64,000 bases of DNA, taken from assembly GCA_020696385.1 (NCBI GenBank), contig JAEHCQ010000007.1, positions 56,818 to 120,817 of the forward strand, written 5' to 3'. Positions 19,676 through 30,300 of this stretch are shown one piece after another. Made by a program: the position numbers and the translations under genes. Positions within the stretch are counted from its first letter, which is position 1. The number at the start of each line of letters is the position of its first letter. The notes beneath the pieces were generated by a model, which saw only the letters and a program-made list of their open reading frames with translations, was not told the DNA's origin and ran no database searches. This DNA is from Methanobacteriota archaeon. Lineage in GTDB: Archaea > Thermoplasmatota > Thermoplasmata > SG8-5 > JAGLSY01.

Positions 19676-19809
19676 GTAGCTCCGAGCGAGCATGCTAACC
19701 CGAGTTTTCTTTTGCACTGTAATACTTTTCTTTTGGAGGGTTAGCCAGCGCAGCGAGGATAAAAGAAAAGGCTTACGTGGGGATACACAGAAGGCTGGCA
19801 GAATTATAA
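19676..19809 (+). mobile_element. Small structured element (101 bp) plus 33-nt recoded duplicate of the host gene 3' end, copy A
   Basis: Shares CCGAGCGAGCAnGCT and the 25-nt AGCGAGGATAAAAGAAAAGGCTTAC with 44134-44310; 19777-19809 encodes VGIHRRLAEL* versus the gene end VEIHRRLAEL*. Confidence 0.75.
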
Positions 19810-19894
19810 ACATTGCATATGCCAGCAAAGTATATTCTCAACAATGTATATTCGGATCAGTACGAGCATGCCCCGGGGCGAGTGACGCAGACCT

Positions 19895-19932
19895 GGGGTA
19901 CTATATTCTATATCTCAGTGAGTGACAGTTGC
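19895..19932. repeat. Dispersed 38-bp repeat, copy 1 (core of a larger structured repeat)
   Basis: GGGGTACTATATTCTATATCTCAnnGAGTGACAGTTGC, 36/38 identical to 63585-63622. Confidence 0.85.
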
Positions 19933-20156
19933 GATGTGCCAGCAAGAGAATAAACTCCTCGCATTAATAGAGCGAGGAGTCAAATCAATCCCCGCCTCGA
20001 TCAAAGCAGGGGCGGGGTCTTTATCCTCACCCAGCATAACAATTCCATACGAGCTTGCGTAGCGCAAGATCAAAGCAAAAATGCAAGGCCGTATTTGATT
20101 ATGTAGGCTTGATGGAAAGGTATTTTAGATGCTATTCACTTAGTGAATCGGAGAGA

Positions 20157-21086
20157 ATGGTGAAAGAGATGAATAATCTGAATGAGATGGCCCAGTTAGT
20201 GCCATCTGATAAAAAATATCCTGTTATTTCTGTCAAGAACCGGGGCAGATCGTGGAATGAATTCACGAAAAAAGAATTAAAACATATAAAGAGTCAATTT
20301 GATGGTACCAATTTGACAATAAAGAAAGTTGGCCCACTTTCATTTTCTTTAATGTTGGGCTCGGATCTAAAATATCACTTTGAAGCGCTCGACAATAAAT
20401 CCAACAGAAAAGTCGCAATAATGATCTATGATACGCCTTTGTATTATGAGGGGCAATTAAGTTTGATAAACCATGTTATGGCTGATTTGAGTAGATCAAA
20501 GAAACATACCGATTATTTGATATTGATCTACTCTACGAATCAATTACCTAAGGACTATCGCTATTACCTTTCAAGCACACCCATGGTAAAACTGGAATTG
20601 GCGCTTTCCTGGGTTTATCAATTAATAAAATTCGAATATGAAAGCAATTTGAATAAAGAGCTAAACTCGGGAGAATTGGGGAGTGCTGTAAAGCGATATA
20701 CTGGCAATGCTATGCCATTAGGCGAATTCAGTCAGAATATCGGGACATTTCAGAGGGCTATCAACGAATTGAGGGATATCCCGGACTCAACAAGGTATTC
20801 AAAACAACGGCTGAATAATGCCATCCAGGCATTGGGATTGTATTTTGGAAATTACCTACATACTGATATCCGGTTGAAATGGAATATTGGACCTGACGGT
20901 GATCCTCGAACAATGAATATTCTTCCAGGATATTATATTGAACCATTCACAATAGTCGAAGATGCTATTGAAAAGGGAGATTCATTAGAAGAAATCTATA
21001 ACGATATAGTGGAGAAAGTTAAAAAGAACGTAATTCCACAATATGCAAAGCCAATAAAAGGAGGTGAATTGAAAAATGGGATTTGA
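20157..21086 (+). CDS. Hypothetical protein in low-GC islet; C-terminal region resembles DUF3806-type domains
   Basis: AT-rich ORF; ALGLYFGNYL...LKW...PFTIVEDAIEKG; start chosen at the ATG after GGAGAG. Confidence 0.6.
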   Translation: MVKEMNNLNEMAQLVPSDKKYPVISVKNRGRSWNEFTKKELKHIKSQFDGTNLTIKKVGPLSFSLMLGSDLKYHFEALDNKSNRKVAIMIYDTPLYYEGQLSLINHVMADLSRSKKHTDYLILIYSTNQLPKDYRYYLSSTPMVKLELALSWVYQLIKFEYESNLNKELNSGELGSAVKRYTGNAMPLGEFSQNIGTFQRAINELRDIPDSTRYSKQRLNNAIQALGLYFGNYLHTDIRLKWNIGPDGDPRTMNILPGYYIEPFTIVEDAIEKGDSLEEIYNDIVEKVKKNVIPQYAKPIKGGELKNGI

Positions 21087-21480
21087 TGCTTATTTAATCA
21101 CTGAAGGAGAGGAAAATGATATAGAACCTCCTACCGATTCTCGCTTATTTTCAAGTCTTATATTTGACATTGATTATCAAGAGGAATGCACTATGGAAAT
21201 GTTATCGAATTTATATAATCTGGATTTATCTCCTTTACGTCAAGTTGGAAGCGATTCAAGCGATCAGGCCTGGCAAGATCCGGGTAGTCTTTCGCAGGCC
21301 TTTGAATCATTGCTAGAGGCTATAGAAAGAGAAGGCGATGATTTCATTGGTATGCCTTTGAACGAGCATCTATTATATCCAGGCGATGTAACATCCATTA
21401 AAAAATCTCTAAGGGAGGTAATTGAGGGCTGTAATAAGGCATTGAAATCAGGAAAGAGAGTACAGTTGGTAATTAATTAA
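21076..21480 (+). CDS. Hypothetical acidic protein (immunity-protein-like)
   Basis: GGAGGTGA RBS; MGFDAYL start; 134 aa. Confidence 0.6.
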   Translation: MGFDAYLITEGEENDIEPPTDSRLFSSLIFDIDYQEECTMEMLSNLYNLDLSPLRQVGSDSSDQAWQDPGSLSQAFESLLEAIEREGDDFIGMPLNEHLLYPGDVTSIKKSLREVIEGCNKALKSGKRVQLVIN

Positions 21481-21641
21481 AGTCAACTCACTTTTAGAAT
21501 CGGCAACAGGGTAAGCATTGCCAGGCCGTGTTTGATTGAGGAGGAGGCGTGATTCCATACGAACGATTTTAAAGAACGTTCGCTATTCAATTATGGGTGA
21601 AGGCCATGAGCACGACTTAATCAAATGAGGAGGATGTTGAT

Positions 21642-22118
21642 ATGACGCGTTTACAAGTTCGTTTTACCCAGAAACGCCCTAATAATCAAGGATACTTGAT
21701 GGGCTGGATACGGATTTACATTAGTATTGATAATAATATCATTCACGGAATCCATACATCGGATGTTTATCCGCCATATGATAGTTTTCTTGATTTTTTC
21801 CAAGATATTTTACATAACAATTTGCCTACAAGATGCGATATATATGAGGAGGGAATATTTACAGTGTTCATTGCGGAAGAAGTGCCTAATTCCGATTTAG
21901 TTGAATTCAATATCTGTGTAAAAAAGGATGAATATACTGATTCAGATCTCAAATGTGTTTATTCTGATAAATTTAAAAAGCAAGTATTGGTTCGTGAGTT
22001 TATAACGAAATATCGCACATTTTTGTCAGATGAATACCGTCCAGAATCTTGGGAAGAAGTAGGCGGACCAATGCCAATGTCAAAATTGGAGCAAATTGAA
22101 AAGGAACTAACAAATTAA
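21642..22118 (+). CDS. Hypothetical protein in low-GC islet
   Basis: GAGGAGG RBS; 158 aa. Confidence 0.6.
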   Translation: MTRLQVRFTQKRPNNQGYLMGWIRIYISIDNNIIHGIHTSDVYPPYDSFLDFFQDILHNNLPTRCDIYEEGIFTVFIAEEVPNSDLVEFNICVKKDEYTDSDLKCVYSDKFKKQVLVREFITKYRTFLSDEYRPESWEEVGGPMPMSKLEQIEKELTN

Positions 22119-22134
22119 TTTCGTAGTGCCCTTC

Positions 22135-24207
22135 TCACCCCTCATAAAAGAACTTCAATTCCTCTTCGATATTCTTCATGTTCCTCATGCTCAGATCTTC
22201 AGGGAAATAATTCCTGTACTTCTGATATCCAAACCTCTTGTCCAGCAGGATGATCGCCGCCCTATCTGTTTCAGATCTGATACACCTGCCCATTGACTGG
22301 AGAACGCGATTGATGGCCGGGGACGTGTAGCCATAAGCTCGCCCATTACCCCTGCCGAATTTCGTATCATAATAATCGATAAGCTGGCTTTGCTCCAGAG
22401 ATGGAGGGGCGAAAGGCACTCCGACTATCATGACAGAATTGAGAAGATTGTCCTTGTAATCGATTCCTTCAGAAAGAGATCCGCCCATCACTCCGAGCAG
22501 AAGGCCACCCCAGGTGGATTTTAGATCGATAAGGGTATCCAGCATCCGTCTTTTCTGCGCCTTGTTCGAGGTCTGGGATTCTGCCAATATCTCTTTATCG
22601 GTTTCGATGCGGAAGCGAATTTCCTTCAGCATACTATAAGATGGGAAGAAGACCGCGACATTGCCAGGTATCACCTTGCAGGCCTTGCCAATGTGCTTCG
22701 CGATGCGCTCGTACATCGCATCAGATCTCTCATTGTAAAGAGTGGTGACATCATCCGCGACATATACTGGCCTATTGGCTGGCGGGAAGGGAGATGGATA
22801 GGTTCGAAGTATCTGAGAACCATTTTCAATTCCCAGGATATCTGCGAACATCTTTGTCGGAAATAGGGTTCCGCTCATTATGATGCTAGAATGAAATTCC
22901 TTGAATATCGGAGCGGAAATAACCGATGGATCCAGTAGCCTGAAGTAAAGCTTTGATCCATCCTTCTGGCTTGATATCCTGATCAGTCCCTCCAGATCCT
23001 GATTGTAACCCTCCAGAAACTCGCTCACAACAGCTGCGGAACTGCTCTGGCCCTTGACCATCCGGATCTCACCTATCTTTTTCAATTCCTTGATGAGCGA
23101 GTCAAGATCCATGGCTTCGAAAAGTGACTGGCCCATGATACCTTCTATTCTTGACAGGAAAACATCCTTATCGACAACTTCCTCTTTGCCAGGAGGAACC
23201 GCATCCAAGATCTTGCGTAATTCCTTCTTCATCATATTGAGTATGTGCGCGAGCTGTTGATTGGACATCTCGGATATGGCTTCCTGAAGCATGTTCGTGG
23301 TCAGACTTTGGGTGTAATAATTCCTTATTCTATCTGGTAGATTATGTGCCTCGTCAACTATCACGATGCACTCATCCAGTGACTTGTCAAATGATTCGAG
23401 AATTGTTTCCCTAATATCCTGGTCGAAGATATAATTGTAATCGCAGATGATGACATTGGCATCGGCCGCGGCCTTCAATGCCACCTTGTGAGGACAGGCT
23501 CGCTGACCCACAGCCACATCCTTCAATTCCTCAACATGAAGGATATTGGAATGTATCTGCCCTATCAGATCCTCATCTTCCGGAGCTTTGAAATAACTGC
23601 AGGTGCCTGTTTTCTGGCTGGTCCTGCATAGGAGCGTGAAGGCCGCATGAAATTCCTCAGAAATATCTCTGGGGCACATGGCCTGTTTTGAGATTATATC
23701 CACCACTTTTATCCTGGCATTGAAAATGGAATTGATCACCTTGAGAGTGTCAACCGCGATATAGTGCTGTGATTGTTTCGAGGTTAGGAAAAATACGACC
23801 TTGCCAGTCTTGAGAGATTCCGTGATCGCCGGTACAAGAGCAGCGGCGGTCTTTCCAATGCCAGTGGGAGCATAGGCAAGAAGGTGTTTATTCAATTTTA
23901 TGGCCGTGCTGGCATCCTTGATGAATTGTGCCTGTCCATCTCTGGCTGTAGGGTGTGGAAAATATGGAATGGTGGGATGCTTGGCATGAGCTTCGGTCAT
24001 TTTAGGAGACGAAGCGAAGGATGGATCTTTCTTCTTGAGTTGGTCAAAAGATATTATCTCGGCAGGAGGAGATGAGGCTCTGCGACCAGGTTGGCTGGCC
24101 TGGCCGCCACTTGTTTGTCGACTACATTTTGGACAAATGGTCTCTTTCGTTCCACCCCTTTTTCGTATCTTCATCAGGGTTCCACAGCTACCACAGAACA
24201 TGGACAT
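22135..24207 (-). CDS. Rad3/XPD-family Fe-S DNA helicase with N-terminal zinc ribbon
   Basis: APTGIGKT, four Fe-S Cys, CDYNYIF, VDEAHN, MSGTL, FFPSY, SEGIDY, QSMGRCIRSETDR. Confidence 0.92.
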   Translation of the reverse strand: MSMFCGSCGTLMKIRKRGGTKETICPKCSRQTSGGQASQPGRRASSPPAEIISFDQLKKKDPSFASSPKMTEAHAKHPTIPYFPHPTARDGQAQFIKDASTAIKLNKHLLAYAPTGIGKTAAALVPAITESLKTGKVVFFLTSKQSQHYIAVDTLKVINSIFNARIKVVDIISKQAMCPRDISEEFHAAFTLLCRTSQKTGTCSYFKAPEDEDLIGQIHSNILHVEELKDVAVGQRACPHKVALKAAADANVIICDYNYIFDQDIRETILESFDKSLDECIVIVDEAHNLPDRIRNYYTQSLTTNMLQEAISEMSNQQLAHILNMMKKELRKILDAVPPGKEEVVDKDVFLSRIEGIMGQSLFEAMDLDSLIKELKKIGEIRMVKGQSSSAAVVSEFLEGYNQDLEGLIRISSQKDGSKLYFRLLDPSVISAPIFKEFHSSIIMSGTLFPTKMFADILGIENGSQILRTYPSPFPPANRPVYVADDVTTLYNERSDAMYERIAKHIGKACKVIPGNVAVFFPSYSMLKEIRFRIETDKEILAESQTSNKAQKRRMLDTLIDLKSTWGGLLLGVMGGSLSEGIDYKDNLLNSVMIVGVPFAPPSLEQSQLIDYYDTKFGRGNGRAYGYTSPAINRVLQSMGRCIRSETDRAAIILLDKRFGYQKYRNYFPEDLSMRNMKNIEEELKFFYEG

Positions 24208-24371
24208 TAAGGCGGTTCAAGAGCTTTGAGTATTAGAGGGCTTTCATGAGGTCGGTGAAAGTATTGATAGAAGCGGTAATTAATAATAATAATTATAGGC
24301 AAATAATATATATGTAAGATTTATTGCATTGGTAATCCCAATATACCCCAAATCGTAAAGAGAGAAGAGCC

Positions 24372-27300
24372 ATGAAACATAATTCATCCATAAAATCGAA
24401 TGATATAGGATCTGCCAGGATACCTTCCTCCAAAGGCTTTACAAATGGCAATTCCGGCCATAACCATACTGGTTTCACCAACGGGAGTACAAAGGCACAG
24501 AAGAACATGACCAACATTGGTGGAATGACCAATGGTGTTCAGAGATCTGGCATGGTGAATGGCAGTGGGATGGTAAATGGTAGCGGGCTCGTTAATGGCA
24601 ACGTTATGGTCAATGGAAATGGACTTGTGAACGGTAATGGTTTGGTAAATGGGAACGGACTCGTTAATGGCAACGGCATGGTCAATGGAAATGGGCTTGT
24701 GAACGGGAACGGTCTCGTCAATGGAACTGGCATGACAAATGGCCTCGTCGGCACTCCAAAGCTCAGTATAAACAATAAAGCAATGGCTCCGAAGAAGACC
24801 TCTTATGTTCTTATCGTGGTCTTCTTACTGATGGTCACCTCGTCCTTCGCAGTATTGACATTCGATGATTCCATAGTGGGAATGCGGGTCGATGGTGATT
24901 TCGCAGACTGGGATGATCAATACCTCATTTCAGACACAAATACAATATCGACAACCTCACTGGACATAGATGAATATGGGGTTTCGACCGATGATAATGG
25001 TGATATGTTCATCTATGCCAAGGCCAAGGGAACCTGGATGGGATCATCAGAAGCAGAGGGCTTGTTGGTCTTCATAGATTCAGATGGTACGGAAAGCACT
25101 GGATACTCCATCGAAGGAATGGGTGCAGACCATGTACTTGAGGTATACGGTTGGGATGGCAAGATATCTGGCAGGCAATTCGGGACCTTCAATGGGGAGG
25201 ACAGTGATGACTATACCTGGTCCTTCGGAAGTGCGAGAGGGGCCATAGGTGAAGAGCATCTGGAAGCAGGCATCCCAATTACACCATCTGCAAATTATAA
25301 ATTATTGTTCATGACCAAGTCTGGAGATGATATTGGCGAGATATGCCCGGCTCAGATATCTGAAGGAAAGGGATCTGTTGTTCTGAAGCAGACACCAGCA
25401 GATGTCAATGGAATAATATCAGCCAATAAATTAATGGATATTCAGGTAACGGCCTATGGAAAGGACGTTACTGTAAGCTCAATTTCAATGAGCGATTCAG
25501 CAGCTAGTGTCTCAGGATTGCCTGTATCGATCAAAGCAGGCGAGACCATCACCCTGACAGCTGAAAAGACCACACCAGCAGCTGGAACACTGATGATGGC
25601 CAAGGTTAATGCCGTGGTGTGTGATGTTCCATATTCCATTACCGGAGAGGGGCTGAAGGCATATGCCTCTGCTGCCCCATCTACAATAACGATCGATGGT
25701 GCATTCGCAGATTGGACGGGCATTAATAAGTCAGCAGATCCGGCAGGAGATGTGAGCAATCCAGGAATAGACATAGTGGAATTCGCTTCTGCAAACACGA
25801 CCACCAATGCCTTCTTCTACCTCAGAACGGACGATGATGGCAAGATGATGGCAGGCTCCCAGGTACCATATAGCAGATACAAACCGACACCATCTACCCA
25901 GCCAAGTACACCAAGTACCAATGGCTCTAGCCAGCCATCTACACCTTCAACACCCAAGAAACTTCCGAAGTTGAGTGGAGAGGATGTTACAAGGATCTAC
26001 ATAGACACCATCCAAAGCATGGATCCATTGGATGGCATGGGAGCTGATTTCCTTATCGAGATAAAGGGAATGAGAGGAAAAGTGACGTCCAGCAAGCTTT
26101 ACTCTTATCCTAATATGGAATTCATAAAGGATGTAAGTGCTGCAAGTGGAAAGCTGGAGCTGGAATCAGGGGTTGGCTTATCAGACATTCAATTCACAAA
26201 TAACATTTCAATATATTTCGAATCAACAGACTGGCAAGGAAACTATGAGATCACCGAGATCATAGACTGCCAGGAATTACAACAGGGGACTAGAGGAGAT
26301 AGTGAAGCAGGGCCAAGTTATACGACCCCTTCCGGACTCAAGGGCCAATGGACCTTTAATGAGGGCTCCGGAGGCACAGCCTATGATATCAGTGGCAATT
26401 ATCACAATCTCACTTTATATAATACCGCAGACTGGGCTACTGGGCTCAATGATACTGGAGCGGTGTTTGACGGAGTGGCGAGTTTAATAGGCAATGATGA
26501 ATTTCCAAGCTATACGGAGATATCCATCGGATACTGGGTACAGAATTCTACAGTGGGTATTCCCAATATTGCCAAGTACAATGACACATGGGACTGGGGA
26601 TATATCGACTACTACACAATGCTTACATCTGATAGCACAGGATACATCGCTTTCGGTGTCAATGCCACTGACAATGTGACAGTAGATAACCTGCCTGCTC
26701 TAGGCAGTGATTGGCGCCATATCATGATCACGGCCAGCAATATCAGTAAAGAGGTCGCGGTCTACTATGATGCAGTTCTTCAAGGATCCAAGACATTTAC
26801 TGGAGATCTAAAAGAGATCGGAAATGGCTGGCTCATGGGCGGCTGGGATGAAGGGATGCCCAGTGATGGAACCATGGATGAATGGAAGATATTCGATAAT
26901 GTCCTTTCAGCAAGCCAGATAACCGCCGAGTATGAAGAGTTCCACCCAGATGCATATGCAGGTCCTGATCAGAATGTGGATGAAGACACTGTCATGTCAT
27001 TCGATGGCTCTGGATCAACTGATAATGATGGTGTAACCAATTGGACCTGGACCTTCACAGATGATGGAGCCAAGACCATATATGGGATCTCGCCATCCTA
27101 TACCTTCAATACGCCTGGCACTTACAATGTCACCCTCACAGTGACCGATGCTTTCATGGGAAACACGGACGAGGACTGGGTACATATCACGGTATTGGAT
27201 GCTACATCTCCAATAATTGAGGATACGACTATTGGTGCACCTATCAACAATGGCACCTTCAATATCACAGCTAAGATTACCGACTTTTCATCCTTGGCAG

Positions 27301-30300
27301 TTACAGAGGTGTATTATTATGTCCTGACAGCAACTGGCTTCACCACTCCGATCACCATAGCGATGGAAGGCTCAGGGCCTTATTACAAAGAGGTGGCTGT
27401 GCCAGAATTCGCCGAGGAATTGGTCTACAGCATAACAGCAACAGACATAGAGGCAAATACGGATTCAACTGCGCTGGAATGGGTATACGCGCAGTCCAAT
27501 GATGACGATACATTCCTTTGGGAGGATATGAACCCAATACCAAGGCCTAACCCGAGATACTACCATGATATGGCCTATGACTCAACGAATGACAAGGTTG
27601 TTCTATTCGGAGGATACAGTGGAGGAGCTTTGGCGGACACCTGGGAATATGATTACAACACAAACACATGGTCAGGGCCATATTATCCTGCATTGAGGCC
27701 GACCGCGAGATATTCACATGCCATGACATTTGATTCAGACAGGGACAAAGTGATATTGTTTGGCGGCTATAGCACCGATAATTACATCTGGGAATATGAT
27801 GTGACAACACATACCTGGGCCGGCCCGATCAACCCAGCCTATAAGCCTGCTTCGACCTATGATCATGAGCTGGTATATGACCCAATCAATGAGAAGGTGA
27901 TCCTCTTTGGTGGAGTGCAGAGTGGTTCTCGCACTAATGCAGTATGGGAGTATTACCCAGCTACTCAACATTGGCAGGGACCCTATTATGGATCTCCCAT
28001 ACCCAGCCCACGGACCCAATACACAATGTCTTATGACTCAGTAGCTGAAAAGGTGATAATGTTTGGCGGAGATGATGGAGCCTTAGATCAGGAGACTTGG
28101 GAGTGGGACCCGACAGCACGCACCTGGAATGGACCATTGATACCAGCCACAAAGCCTAGTATCAGGCGTGATTCAGAGGTGGAGTACTTCACCTCTGAAG
28201 GAAAGCATGTCTTATTCGGGGGCCAGAGTAATAGCTTTGGGCCCCAGGAAACATGGGAATTCAATGAGAGGAATGACTCATGGGTAGGGCCTTTCATGCC
28301 GACAGTCAAGCCCAGCCTGAGATTGGCCCATGCGATGGTCTATGATTCAGAGAGCGACAGGATGATCCTCTTCAGTGGGTGGTGGAGTAGTATATACAGG
28401 CAAGAGACCTATGCAGGCTACTATGACAATCCACCAACAGCACTGGCAGGAGCAGACCAGACCAAGAACGAGGATATCCTGGTCGAATTGAATGCCACCG
28501 CATCCACAGATAACAATCAAATTGATAATTACACATGGTTCTTCAATGATAGTGGGATGCAGTACCTTTACGGTAATGTCACAAATTATACCTTCAGCAC
28601 ACCAGGAATCTATCAGGTGGCCTTGAACACTACCGATGATCTTGGCCAGTGGGATCTGGACTGGACCATCATCACGGTCCTGGATGCCACGAACCCGATA
28701 GCGGATGCGGGTTCAGATCAGATCCTTTACGAAGATGTGGATGTCACCTTCAATGGCTCTGATTCAATGGACAATGTTGGCATTACGAATTACACATGGA
28801 CCTTTGATGATGGAAGCCCAAGAACACTGTACGGTATTGGGCCATCATACTCATTCCCTGTTACCACAAGTGTATATGTTGTGGAGCTCAATGTCACAGA
28901 TGCAGAAGGCAACTGGCACACCAACACGATGACCGTCACAATAGATGATGTGAATACACCGGTCATCACCGACACTACCATTCTTTTCCCTGTGAACGAT
29001 CAGAATTTCAATATCACAGCCGAGATAGAGGACTGGCTGCCTATTACAGCTCATGTGGAATATTATTTCGAGACCATCTCAGGTAACACGACCCTGACCA
29101 ATGTCACAATGGACGTGGGTTCATTCTACAAGGAAATAGCAGTACCTGAATTTGCACAGGTACTTCATTACTCGATAAGAGCAGTTGACTCGGAAGGTAA
29201 CTGGGCCAACACATCCACTGTTGACATGTATGCTCAATCATCGCCAGATTCAACTATCATATGGGAAGGACCATATAATCCAGCGCCCAAGCCAGGAGGC
29301 AGAAGATATGCGGCCATGGCATACGATGAGGCAAATGACAAGGTCGTGATGTTCGGTGGATATAGTGGGGTAAGCTCACTGAGCGACACCTGGGAGTTCG
29401 ATACCAACACCATGACTTGGTCCGGGCCGTACAATCCAGTACCAAAACCGAACCCGAGGTATGGGGCAGAGATGGTGTATGACCCAGTGAGCAATAGAAT
29501 GATCATGTTCGGAGGAGCTTCAGTCGACAACTGGATATGGGAATACGATACCCTCAATCATACCTGGTCCAGCTATGTGCCCGCTTACAAGCCAGATCAG
29601 ACATATTACCACAGGATGGTATATGATTCCGATAATGAAAAGGTCATTCTGTTTGGTGGTATAAGATTCGGATCACGAAGCAACCAGATCTGGGAATATT
29701 TCCCAGATACCAAGCACTGGGAAGGGCCTATCATCCAAGGAGGCATATCCCCAAGGACAGAGTTCGCTATGAGCTATGATCCTATAGCCAAAAAGGCGAT
29801 CATATTCGGTGGATATGATGGATCCAATGACGAACAAACCTGGGAATATGACCCTGCCTCACGGACATCCACCCAGATACTCCCATCATGGAGGCCGAAC
29901 CCAAAATACGGACAGTTCATGGTGTATGTGCCAGACAAGGCTAAGCATGTGATGTTCGGAGGTTTGGGATCTGCTACACAGGAAACATGGGAGTATGATG
30001 GTGTAACACACACATGGAATGGACCGATCATGCCAACACTTAAGCCTGGCAGTAGAGCATGCCACATGATGGCATACGACATTGAGAGTGAAAAGATCGT
30101 GCTATTCGGTGGCTTTGTGGGATCATATTATTCAGATACATGGGCTGGCTATTATGACAATCCACCAACAGCACTAGCTGGCTCAAACCAGACACAGGAC
30201 GAGGATACTGTGGTCTTCTTCAATGGTTCATCCTCATTCGACAATGATGCTGTTACCAATTATACCTGGATCATCGATGATGGAGGATTGCAATACGTAT

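Noticed and set aside
19643-19809. Diversity-generating retroelement TR/VR pair
   Set aside because: Differences are not confined to adenines of one copy, are almost all synonymous, and no reverse transcriptase is present; the same holds for 44101-44343.
19692-19925. 77-aa ORF (and 19535-19828 on the minus strand) as element-encoded protein
   Set aside because: No RBS or recognisable motifs, and not conserved as an ORF in the second element copy.
20042-21640. Integron attC sites
   Set aside because: No convincing RYYYAAC...GTTRRRY bounded imperfect palindromes, and no IntI in the window.
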